From a virus (lineage: Duplodnaviria; Caudoviricetes), in IMG/VR virus record IMGVR_UViG_3300005254_000009, positions 1 to 43,824 of that record: a stretch of DNA of 43,824 nt; one strand, 5' to 3'. The notes under the pieces were generated by a model. That model did not search any database and was not told the DNA's origin. It saw nothing but the letters and a program-made list of their open reading frames with translations. Every line of letters begins with the position of its first letter. Positions within the stretch are counted from its first letter, which is position 1. The position numbers and the translations under genes were made by a program. Below, in pieces: positions 35,722 through 43,824 of the stretch.

Positions 35722-37101
35722 TTGGCTGTTACGGTATTCCACGGAACGCACGGGCTGAACACAAACGCTGATCCCGCCGCACTCCCGGTTGCGGAAAACA
35801 GACAGGTTTATCTGATTTCCTGCAACAACGTTTTCGTCGGCGACACCGGGCGCGTCAATCGGTGCATCGGGGCGGAAAGATTGTGGTCCGGCGCGGTCCA
35901 TAGCGTGTTCAACCATGGCGCACGACTGAGGTTCGGATCCGGAAACGAGATGTTTGAGGTGGCAGGCCCGAACACGATATCCAAGCTTTGCGATCTTGAT
36001 TCCGCGAATCCCCTCGCCCACACAACAATTCACGATGGATCGAAAAACGTCTCGTTCCTTTCGGATGGGGCCGGATCCTGGCGGATGGCCGGAACAACCG
36101 TCACCCGCCATGAAAAGGGCGTCTATCACGGCCCGGACAGCCTGGCCGCAAAGTCATTGACCGGCCCGCCGGCGGGGTCCTTGTTGGCGTATGGGCTGGG
36201 ACGGTTGTGGGTAGCCCGGGGCAACCACCTTTTTATGTCCCAACCGAACAACCCGTATCTGTTCAACCTCGGTGCGGGCCGATTGAGTTGCGAGGACGAG
36301 ATCACCTGCCTTGCATTTGTGAAAAACGGCTTCTGGTTGGGAACGGCAAGGGAAATTTTCTATGTCCAATCCGACGGGCTCAGGTTTGACCGCATACTGA
36401 AGGCACCGTATGGGGCTTTCAAGGGTGTCCCGCCTGCCTGTGCCGCCGAAATGACGCCGTTACAGGGGGCGTCCGGGTCTGGGTTCATCATCCCCACACA
36501 AAGGGGTTTCGTGTTCGCCGGTCAGGACGGGATCTTTGCGAATCTTACGGAAAGGGTGTTCGAAATCAGGCGTAGCGACCTGAGTGAAATTGCCATGACG
36601 CCGTACACTGCCGCGATAGACCGCAACAGGCTTCATTTTTGCGGGGCTGGATACAGCCTGATCATGAACCTGCACACAGCGGCCGTCACCCAGGCGACGA
36701 TGCTCGATATGACCGCGTGTGCCGTCCATGGATCAAGGCTTTATTGGGGCAATGCTGACGGCCTTTATTCAACGGCGCAAAGTTCGGTTGATGCGGAATT
36801 CACCGTTCAGGCCAACTTCCCGGGCGTTTGCAGGCTCAGGAGTCTGGAGATTACCGGGGAGTTTGCCGGAACGATGGCCCTCGACATGACCAGCGACGAG
36901 GCGACGACAAGAACATATTCGTTTATCCCCAAGGGCGGGAACAAACAGACGGCCATGCGATGCCCTGCCCGGAGGGATAACGGAAAAGGACGGCATTGGC
37001 GATTCCGCTTTTACAACAAAAACGGATGCGATTTTTCGATTGATCAAGTTCGGGTGCAAACCATCAACGTTCCCACCAGGAATGGCGGGTACGCAAAATA
37101 A
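35722..37101 (+). CDS. Tail nozzle / stabilisation-like protein (putative)
   Basis: 459 aa, beta-rich; GLNT..DP N-terminus, GRLWVA.GN.L..S, GRHWRFRF C-terminus; TTG start with AGGAGG. Confidence 0.65.
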   Translation: MAVTVFHGTHGLNTNADPAALPVAENRQVYLISCNNVFVGDTGRVNRCIGAERLWSGAVHSVFNHGARLRFGSGNEMFEVAGPNTISKLCDLDSANPLAHTTIHDGSKNVSFLSDGAGSWRMAGTTVTRHEKGVYHGPDSLAAKSLTGPPAGSLLAYGLGRLWVARGNHLFMSQPNNPYLFNLGAGRLSCEDEITCLAFVKNGFWLGTAREIFYVQSDGLRFDRILKAPYGAFKGVPPACAAEMTPLQGASGSGFIIPTQRGFVFAGQDGIFANLTERVFEIRRSDLSEIAMTPYTAAIDRNRLHFCGAGYSLIMNLHTAAVTQATMLDMTACAVHGSRLYWGNADGLYSTAQSSVDAEFTVQANFPGVCRLRSLEITGEFAGTMALDMTSDEATTRTYSFIPKGGNKQTAMRCPARRDNGKGRHWRFRFYNKNGCDFSIDQVRVQTINVPTRNGGYAK

Positions 37102-37121
37102 AAATCCAGGAAGGTGAAAGA

Positions 37122-37841
37122 ATGTTAAATTACTCACAGGGTTATTGTCAGGCGGCGATGGCGAGGCAGGACCTCATTATTCATGGAAGCGCGAACATCT
37201 CGCTCAATGCAAACGGGGATTCTCCGGATACGATTGTAAGCTCGAATACCGTCGTGACCGACTTTCTGGCGCTTGGGTTTTGCCCTGGGGACAAGATCTA
37301 TATCAAGGGCGCCCTGAACGCCGCAAACGACGTCGCCGCGGTATGCACAGCCGTGACGCAGACAACCATAACCCTGCCCCCGGGAACGTTTGCCGAGGCG
37401 CAGGCTGAGGGCACGGCCACAACCTATATCTGTGCCACGAAGGGCGGGAGCACAAAAGATATCTTGCAGGGCGGTACGCTTACCGTGTTCAAGAGCACCA
37501 AGCGCGCAACGCCGGACGCCGCTTCGAGCGAAAGCGACGTCCTTATCACCTTCAATGATGTCGTCTTCGGGGATGTCGCATGGGACCCCGTTGACAAGTA
37601 CGCCTATATTGATTTGCTGGCGGCCGTGAACAGCGTCGCTTCCGCTGGCGGAACGGGCATTTGGTGGTGTCTCAGCGCCAAGGGTGAAGATATCCATTCA
37701 GCGTCGACGAGCGCCGTCAGGATCGACGGGACGCTTGGTTGGAACGGGGACCTTTACGCGCCCGTGACCAACATCGTTTCCGGAGCTCCGCAGGCCATTT
37801 CCTCATTCAAGCTTCGATTCTTTCAGCAAAAGGTGGGCTAA
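37122..37841 (+). CDS. Virion structural protein (putative)
   Basis: 239 aa; A/T/G-rich beta protein; RIDG..G motif. Confidence 0.65.
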   Translation: MLNYSQGYCQAAMARQDLIIHGSANISLNANGDSPDTIVSSNTVVTDFLALGFCPGDKIYIKGALNAANDVAAVCTAVTQTTITLPPGTFAEAQAEGTATTYICATKGGSTKDILQGGTLTVFKSTKRATPDAASSESDVLITFNDVVFGDVAWDPVDKYAYIDLLAAVNSVASAGGTGIWWCLSAKGEDIHSASTSAVRIDGTLGWNGDLYAPVTNIVSGAPQAISSFKLRFFQQKVG

Positions 37842-38273
37842 ATGTCTGCTGTAACGAAAGTGCCAAACCACGCGAAATATATGCTGGCAACCAAGAAAAT
37901 TGACTTGGCAAATGATGTCATCAAGGCGGTATTGCTGGATCCCGCCTTCGTCTTCTATAAAAACCTCCATGGGACGCTTGCCGACATAACGGCAAACCAG
38001 TTGGCCACCGGTTACGGCTACACGCAGAATTCCGACACGATAGCGAATCAGGCCGTCGCCGAGGATAATGTAGTCGATGCCGCGGTCTTGACCGCCGATA
38101 CTGTGACATGGCACGCGGTTGGTGGCATCATAGGCCCTTTCAGGTCGGTGGCATTCTATGACGACACCACGGACGATGACACCGTTCTCTGCTGCGTCGA
38201 TTTGGGGGAAGACGTTTCGATTGTAGACGGGTCGGATTTTTCTGTTACGAATGTCTCATTGAAACTGCTTTAA
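37842..38273 (+). CDS. Virion structural protein (putative)
   Basis: IDL.ND.IK..LL, G.GYT, ADTVTW, YDDT motifs common in phage tail-region proteins. Confidence 0.7.
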   Translation: MSAVTKVPNHAKYMLATKKIDLANDVIKAVLLDPAFVFYKNLHGTLADITANQLATGYGYTQNSDTIANQAVAEDNVVDAAVLTADTVTWHAVGGIIGPFRSVAFYDDTTDDDTVLCCVDLGEDVSIVDGSDFSVTNVSLKLL

Positions 38274-38282
38274 AGGTGCCCA

Positions 38283-40058
38283 ATGGCCTGGGAAAATTAT
38301 ATCCAAATAACGGTTCCGGCGGGCGCTACCGCGACGGACCTGATAGACTTTCCGTTGATGATCAGGCTGTCAGGTTCGTGCGGTACGAATGCCGCTGATG
38401 TATCTGTCATATTCGAATATCTTGATGACGCATACTCTTCCCCATATAAGCTTCAGCTAAAAGATGCGAGCGACGTCGAACATTATGTTGAGGTCGTATA
38501 TTGGGACCTCGAAAACTCGTATGCGATTTTGTACACAAAGGTCGACATCTTATCGGCGAGCGACAACGTTTTTAAGCTGTACTTCGATCCGTCACAGCCG
38601 GAAAACAGGGCACGCGTTGGGCGGAGTCAAGATGCCATTGTAACCAACGTGTGGACTGATTATGTGGCTGTCTGCCATGTCCCCGAAAGATACATATCGA
38701 ACTATCAGGCAAGCGAGTTTGCAACCGGCGTAACGTGGTACAGCAATTACAATGCGGCCAATGAAATCGCCGGACTTCCCTGGGGCAAAGGTTATATGTT
38801 CCAGGGTAATGAATATATGAAACAAGACTACGGCGGTCTTGGGACGGTTTCAACACATCTGACAATTGAGGCGCTTGTAAGGCCGGACACATTTGCCGAT
38901 ACCAACGAACGGTGTGCGGCCGTTTCAAAATACTGCTCATATGGTGGTTACAGTCTCGAGTTTCCGGGAGGCGCAACAAGAAAAGCGCAGCTCAGGCTAC
39001 AGGTGGGCTTGGATCTCGAAATTAAAACCGGGACCACGGATCTTGCAGACGGCAACTGGCACTATGTCGCTGGACGCAGGAGCAGCATGTCTGGCAGTCT
39101 ATGGGTAGATACTGCTCAAGAAGGGTCAATTTACAGTTTTACGTCAGATCCATTCAGCACCACGCTCGGAGAGCGATTCAATATAGGATCATACCGATAT
39201 TCAGCCACTTCTTACGATCATCACTATTACGGCGGATTGTCCGAAGTTCGCGTAAGCTCGGTGTCTCGAAGCAACGATTGGCTTCTGGCAACAAGGTCGT
39301 CTCTCCTTGATAACCTGAATACGATAGACATGACGATCACCGCCGCCTATATGCCCTCGGCCGAGATTACCATATCCGGCGACATCAGAGGCGCGGAGCA
39401 TTACTCCTTTCAGATACCCGAGGCGGAAATATCCGTATCCATGGAATGCGATATCGAGTTTTCATGGATGATGCAGGGAGACGCGGCCGTTTCAGGGCCG
39501 GATGTGGTTGGGCTTTACGGATATGTTCTTGACGGTGAACTAGGGGCCCCAAATGCGACGGGCAAATTTTCATCGGGCGCCCACTATGCCTTGACGGCCG
39601 ACATGAACGGTCTTGTCGTTTCCGCCGGATTCGGATTCAGCGGAAATGCAGACGTCATGCAGGTTTCATCCCTCGGGGCGCTCCTCACCGGCCATGCGTT
39701 CGCCCTTGACGCCGGTATCCATAGCGCGGAAGCGCTTGCCGTTTGGCTTGCCGGGGGGAGGTATTCATCCGAGTCGGCAATTCAACGGCCCGGGGTTGTC
39801 GGTGATTCCGTTTCGATTCAACCATTCAGCGCAAACGTGGGACTCGCATCATTGAGCCTTTTGTCGGAATTTCTCTCGGGGAGGCTTTTCGTTGTTGACG
39901 AACCCGTGACGGGATTTCCCATATCGGGCGTCATTGTTTCGGGCATAGGGTTTGACGGGGTTGCCGACGTGACCCCGGAGATTGCTGGATCTCTCGCCCT
40001 TGTCCCTGAAAATCCCGCTTCTTCCGTCGGACTGTTGCGGTTTTACAGGGGGTTTTGA
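38283..40058 (+). CDS. DUF2341-like + LamG/ConA-like lectin domain virion protein
   Basis: DLIDFPLMIRL, YEVVYWD-type N-domain; TIEALVR, DGNWHYVAG, LWVD, IG...Y.G.LSEVRVS...RS.DW LamG motifs. Confidence 0.75.
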   Translation: MAWENYIQITVPAGATATDLIDFPLMIRLSGSCGTNAADVSVIFEYLDDAYSSPYKLQLKDASDVEHYVEVVYWDLENSYAILYTKVDILSASDNVFKLYFDPSQPENRARVGRSQDAIVTNVWTDYVAVCHVPERYISNYQASEFATGVTWYSNYNAANEIAGLPWGKGYMFQGNEYMKQDYGGLGTVSTHLTIEALVRPDTFADTNERCAAVSKYCSYGGYSLEFPGGATRKAQLRLQVGLDLEIKTGTTDLADGNWHYVAGRRSSMSGSLWVDTAQEGSIYSFTSDPFSTTLGERFNIGSYRYSATSYDHHYYGGLSEVRVSSVSRSNDWLLATRSSLLDNLNTIDMTITAAYMPSAEITISGDIRGAEHYSFQIPEAEISVSMECDIEFSWMMQGDAAVSGPDVVGLYGYVLDGELGAPNATGKFSSGAHYALTADMNGLVVSAGFGFSGNADVMQVSSLGALLTGHAFALDAGIHSAEALAVWLAGGRYSSESAIQRPGVVGDSVSIQPFSANVGLASLSLLSEFLSGRLFVVDEPVTGFPISGVIVSGIGFDGVADVTPEIAGSLALVPENPASSVGLLRFYRGF

Positions 40059-41251
40059 TGTTCACCCCTACCCGGATTATTTTGCAAGGAGATCAGCAAT
40101 TGGCGGCCTTTTTCGCCAAAACCATGAGGGGCAAGCTGATTGCCTTGAACATGCAACTGGAAGCATCCGGGCAACTTATGGGGCACAAGCATGTATTCCA
40201 TCCGTTTCCGGGCGTCAGGGTCACGATGCAGTCGGCCGGGGGCATAAATAACGTGCTGGTCTTCGCTGAAAGGCCTGTCAGGAAAGAAGAAACAGAATCG
40301 AAAGACGTCCGTCTTAGGGTTCGAGTTACAATAAATGGTTGGCCCTGCACATGCAGAAAAGAAATAAAACTGATAACGCCCGACAACCAGATCGTTGAAG
40401 ACCTGCCCGGGTTCATAAAGCCAGTTCCGTTTATTTGGTCAGAACAAGAATTTCTTGACGAGATGTATGAGTTTTACATTACCGATATTGACGGTTCTTA
40501 TGACTTTGCCGGTGTGGATATCGACAACACCATAAAGAATCATCTGTGTATTTCAGCAGGAAACCCGATAGTTGACGCCGCTACCTACAATAGTCCTGAT
40601 GACATAACCTATGAATATGCCTTGTTTAATTACTATTTTTACAACCCGGCATATTCCGGTTATGTTCGAACCAACATAATTAGAAGCGAATATCCCATAT
40701 CCAACTACCCGTATAAAATTATCCAAACGCCTTTATACGACATCAAAGAGTATGCTGTTGATTTTACTGTTTGGTGGGTAAAGCACGTAGTGCGAAAGGC
40801 TATCCTGTTCAGTCCGTGCGGGCGTCAATTCGAAACTCACGAGAATTTGGTGAACTACGATATCGCCACACTACCATCCGGCGTCCCTGATATAGATGGA
40901 TCAGGCTATCAGCATTGGGGGTGGGGGACAAGCACCGCACCGTATGACATAGAGGCAGATCCCGGAACGCCGTATCAGGGGCTTTGCCCTCCAGATGATC
41001 AGTATTTTTTCTATATGTGCTATCAAAGGCTTGAACCCGGCGGCGATATTCAGGAGTGGATAACATCAGATGCTGTTGGGCAAGTAGATCCGGAAAGTTT
41101 CCCGCCTTGGACATATAGGGAAAACCGGTCATACAAGATCATGGTTCCTGAGTCTGGTTATTCCGTAGTTCACAACACGCCAAACAGGGACATCGATTAC
41201 AGCATAGTGAAAGCACACCCTGATTATTCCGGCGAATATGCCTATTTCTAA
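40058..41251 (+). CDS. Hypothetical protein (tail region)
   Basis: 397 aa; Tyr-rich and AT-richer C-terminal part; TGATG coupling. Confidence 0.7.
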   Translation: MFTPTRIILQGDQQLAAFFAKTMRGKLIALNMQLEASGQLMGHKHVFHPFPGVRVTMQSAGGINNVLVFAERPVRKEETESKDVRLRVRVTINGWPCTCRKEIKLITPDNQIVEDLPGFIKPVPFIWSEQEFLDEMYEFYITDIDGSYDFAGVDIDNTIKNHLCISAGNPIVDAATYNSPDDITYEYALFNYYFYNPAYSGYVRTNIIRSEYPISNYPYKIIQTPLYDIKEYAVDFTVWWVKHVVRKAILFSPCGRQFETHENLVNYDIATLPSGVPDIDGSGYQHWGWGTSTAPYDIEADPGTPYQGLCPPDDQYFFYMCYQRLEPGGDIQEWITSDAVGQVDPESFPPWTYRENRSYKIMVPESGYSVVHNTPNRDIDYSIVKAHPDYSGEYAYF

Positions 41252-41282
41252 TATTTTTTTAGATTAAAAAAGGTGGCACAAA

Positions 41283-43253
41283 ATGACGACGGTTCCGACA
41301 ATTAACCGGCCCGATATGTTTGTTCCAACGCCGAACGACGCATCATCGATCGTGAGCGATCAGATCAGCGCCATGATGGAGGCGGGTCAAGATGCTATCG
41401 TATCGGCGACATCGGCAATTGAGGCCATCTCAACAGGCCTTGCCGACATAGGCGCAATGCACGTTGAGGCCATAGCGACACCCGACTTCAACCTCGATAC
41501 CGACATTTCAGAGGAGTTCAACCCGGAAATATCTAATCCCCTTGACAGGATGGGGGGAACGCAGCACACCAATGTTGACATTTCCTATGAGCCGGCGCCG
41601 ATCAACACGAAAGAATTTCCGGATTTTTCCGCCCAGGAACCTGTCATGAACGTCCCGGACCGTCCGCCGTCCAAACCCGGGGCCCCACCTGAATATGAGG
41701 GAAACACACAGCCGGTATCACTTCCCGAGGCGCCGGCCATCGAGGTCAACCAGATCCTGGCGACAATCAAGGGGATGATCGGGACCGGGCAGCCGCCTAT
41801 AGGAGCGCCGCAGTACACCCCGGCCAATTTTGCCGACACAAGCACTGGCCTCGATATCCAGAATCCGCTTGAGAGCTACACTCAACGGCTTTTTTCCTTC
41901 AATGAGCCCCTCTCGGACACGGAGCTTACGTCATACCTGATTTCGGATATCGCGCTTTCCTTGACCTCCGGGGGTCGGGGCCTTGATGGTGACGCAGAAA
42001 ACGCAATCTATGCTCGAGCAAAAGACAGAATAAACGACGAGTATGTTGCAGAATACAAGCGGGCCGAGGCACAACTGGCCGCCGCCGGATGGGTCATACC
42101 CACCGGGTCTGCGTCGACCGCCCTCAGTGATCTGGCAGCCCGGCACCTTCGGGCCGTGGAGCAATTGAATTACGAGGTGATGATCGAGAACGGCCGGCTT
42201 GCCTTGCAGGATAGGGCCAACGCCCGGGAAATTTCAGCAAGATTCGAGCAGGTCTACCGGGAATATCTGAGCGGCTATTACAGCCGACTGCTTGAGGGCC
42301 AGAAACAACTCGTTTCCGAAAACCTGGAGCTTTTCAAAATGACGGTCGAGCACAACAAACTCCTCATCGACGAGTTTGGGGCCCGGGTCGAGTTGTACAA
42401 GGCCTTTGTTCAATCTTCCTTTGCGGAGCTTGAGGCTTTCGAAAAACAGCTCGCCTCATATAAGATCCAGGCAGATATTCGGGGGCAGGACGCACAACTC
42501 ATAACCACATGGGTAAGCACGGCCCTCGCCTCCGTTCAGGTTTACGAGGCCCAGGTTCAGGGTGCCCTCGCCGTCATGCAAAACAACAAGATCGCGGCTG
42601 AGATTTACGGCGAAAAGATAAAGGCCCACGCGACCAAGGTTCAGGCCTACGCAACCGAAGTCGACGCCTGGTCAACCGAGGTTGACGCCGCGGCGAAGCA
42701 GATCGATATCTATACGGCCAAGGCGCAGGCCTACGCGGCGACGGCTTCAGCTATCGAAAGCGCAAATCGGACGGAAATTTCAAAAGCGGAAATAGATATC
42801 AAGCGAGCGGATCTCGCCCTTCAGAAATTCAAGGCACAGCTTGAAGAGCGTCTCGGGGAGCTTCAGGTCGCTTCGGAATACGCGAAGGTGGAGGCTATTG
42901 TCGCAGGCGCAAAGGGCGATATCGCCGTAGCCAAAATCAACGCCAAGGGATCCGCTCTGAACGCCCAGGCCCAGGTTGCGAAAACAAGCGCTGATCTGAA
43001 TGTGTCAAGGGCTGAACTCGCCCAGGAAACAAACAAGGTCAATGCGGCGAATCAGCTTGCACAGGCCCAGATCCGAGTCGAGGCCCTGAAAGGCGCCGCG
43101 GCGGCATCCGCGCAACTGGCCGCCGGCATACTCAGTGCCATCAATGTCGGGGCAACCATCTCGAACGGATATTCGGTGGGTAAGTCCTCCGATTACTCCT
43201 ATCGGGAGTCCTTGACCAACTCTCTTTCGGAAAATATCTCACCGACTTCTTAA
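41283..43253 (+). CDS. Long coiled-coil virion/ejection-like protein
   Basis: 656 aa; Pro-rich N-terminal part, then Ala-rich heptads (Y.A.V.A..A). Confidence 0.7.
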   Translation: MTTVPTINRPDMFVPTPNDASSIVSDQISAMMEAGQDAIVSATSAIEAISTGLADIGAMHVEAIATPDFNLDTDISEEFNPEISNPLDRMGGTQHTNVDISYEPAPINTKEFPDFSAQEPVMNVPDRPPSKPGAPPEYEGNTQPVSLPEAPAIEVNQILATIKGMIGTGQPPIGAPQYTPANFADTSTGLDIQNPLESYTQRLFSFNEPLSDTELTSYLISDIALSLTSGGRGLDGDAENAIYARAKDRINDEYVAEYKRAEAQLAAAGWVIPTGSASTALSDLAARHLRAVEQLNYEVMIENGRLALQDRANAREISARFEQVYREYLSGYYSRLLEGQKQLVSENLELFKMTVEHNKLLIDEFGARVELYKAFVQSSFAELEAFEKQLASYKIQADIRGQDAQLITTWVSTALASVQVYEAQVQGALAVMQNNKIAAEIYGEKIKAHATKVQAYATEVDAWSTEVDAAAKQIDIYTAKAQAYAATASAIESANRTEISKAEIDIKRADLALQKFKAQLEERLGELQVASEYAKVEAIVAGAKGDIAVAKINAKGSALNAQAQVAKTSADLNVSRAELAQETNKVNAANQLAQAQIRVEALKGAAAASAQLAAGILSAINVGATISNGYSVGKSSDYSYRESLTNSLSENISPTS

Positions 43254-43258
43254 CGATA

Positions 43259-43297
43259 GCATACCCTCCCCTTCATCGCACAAGAAGGGGAGTATGC
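43259..43297. terminator. Stem-loop after the last phage gene
   Basis: GCATAC-CCTCCCCTTC...GAAGGGGAG-TATGC inverted repeat; no U-tract. Confidence 0.45.
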
Positions 43298-43325
43298 CAT
43301 GAAGGGATGTCAGGGTCGTAAGATT

Positions 43326-43349
43326 TTTTTGGTACGGTTTTTGGTACGG
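43326..43349. repeat. Perfect tandem 12-bp repeat, probable integrase arm-type sites
   Basis: TTTTTGGTACGG x2, about 100 bp inside the att core. Confidence 0.65.
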
Positions 43350-43449
43350 CTTTAATTCTGAGCAGACCCTTTTTAAGCCCTTTTCGGAAGCCGTCACCTC
43401 GTGTAAACTCGCTATTTTCGCGGATTCTCCGTCCCACAAAAATTTATCT

Positions 43450-43515
43450 CTCGCCTGCTAAGCGAGTGTGCGGTTTAAAGCTGCACCGAGGGTTCGAATC
43501 CCTCTCTCTCCGCCA
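43450..43515 (+). other. Prophage att site: 3' fragment of tRNA-Ser(GCT)
   Basis: Anticodon arm CTCGC-CTGCTAA-GCGAG, long variable arm, T-arm GAGGG-TTCGAAT-CCCTC, acceptor 3' strand and CCA. D-arm and 5' acceptor strand are absent. Confidence 0.9.
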
Positions 43516-43527
43516 TTCCAAATACTT

Positions 43528-43558
43528 AGCCCGGTTCATCGAGCCGGGCTTTTCTTTT
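43528..43558 (+). terminator. Intrinsic terminator downstream of the tRNA 3' end
   Basis: AGCCCGGTTC-ATC-GAGCCGGGCT followed by TTTCTTTT. Confidence 0.8.
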
Positions 43559-43583
43559 GGCGAAGCCCCCACTACGGTTTTCA

Positions 43584-43720
43584 CTACGACTTCGTTTTTT
43601 GAGATGGGCTTTCAAGTTCCCCATCGAGGACGCTTGCAATATCGTCCATGGATCGAATCTCATGCAGATAGTTCTCGGTCGTATCGATGCGCTGGTGTCC
43701 CAAACTGGTCTTTGACACTT
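43584..43720 (-). pseudogene. C-terminal remnant of a tyrosine recombinase/integrase from a second element
   Basis: SLGHQRIDTTENYLH is the box II LGH...TT..Y motif; no upstream HxLR or catalytic Arg region in frame; CACTACG x2 (43570, 43582) beside its 3' end. Confidence 0.7.
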
Positions 43721-43824
43721 GTTTTTCGAATATGCCTTTATACCAGCATATTACGAGAACGCAAAAAGGTCTTGGCACTACCGCACGGGTTTATCCGCAT
43801 GGGCTCACACCTCCCGGATCGTCG

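Larger units (their letters stand above)
1..43515. mobile_element. Temperate podovirus-like prophage integrated at tRNA-Ser(GCT); left end and integrase lie outside the window
   Basis: Ordered cI/cro, recombination, replication, terminase, portal, capsid, ejection and tail modules ending at a 3' tRNA fragment with arm-type repeats. No tape measure, sheath or tube gene recognised. Confidence 0.93.

Noticed and set aside
43450-43515. Functional tRNA-Ser gene
   Set aside because: The 5' acceptor strand and D-arm are missing; it is the duplicated att fragment.
43721-43778. N-terminal part of the 64-aa ORF 43584-43778 as a genuine small gene
   Set aside because: Only the distal part resembles an integrase; the upstream codons look non-coding, so it is treated as a pseudogene fragment.

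Overview
Almost the whole window (1-43515) is one temperate, podovirus-like prophage. Its right end is a 66-bp 3' copy of tRNA-Ser(GCT) (att site, 43450-43515). Its integrase and left att are not in the window. From left to right: an AT-rich accessory gene; a lambda-like switch (S24/XRE cI, three operator-like palindromes, cro, cII-like); a GH108 endolysin unusually placed in the early operon; MazG; RecE/RecT-like recombination genes; VRR-NUC; a replication initiator with iterons plus a helicase loader; an Xis-like HTH gene followed by a phased repeat array (candidate late promoter); holin candidates; TerS; TerL with a LAGLIDADG intein; portal, scaffold, capsid and adaptor; a 4086-aa polyvalent ejection/DarB-like protein (N6-MTase + SNF2 helicase + HExxH); then tail and receptor-binding genes. 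Beyond att lies a tyrosine-integrase remnant from a second element. The most striking observation is a convincing 108-aa acidic gene (24295-24621) with its own Shine-Dalgarno and gene-like codon usage. It is nested in the +1 frame inside the giant ORF and ends just before the DarB-like methyltransferase region. Family assignments come from motif recognition, not database searches.
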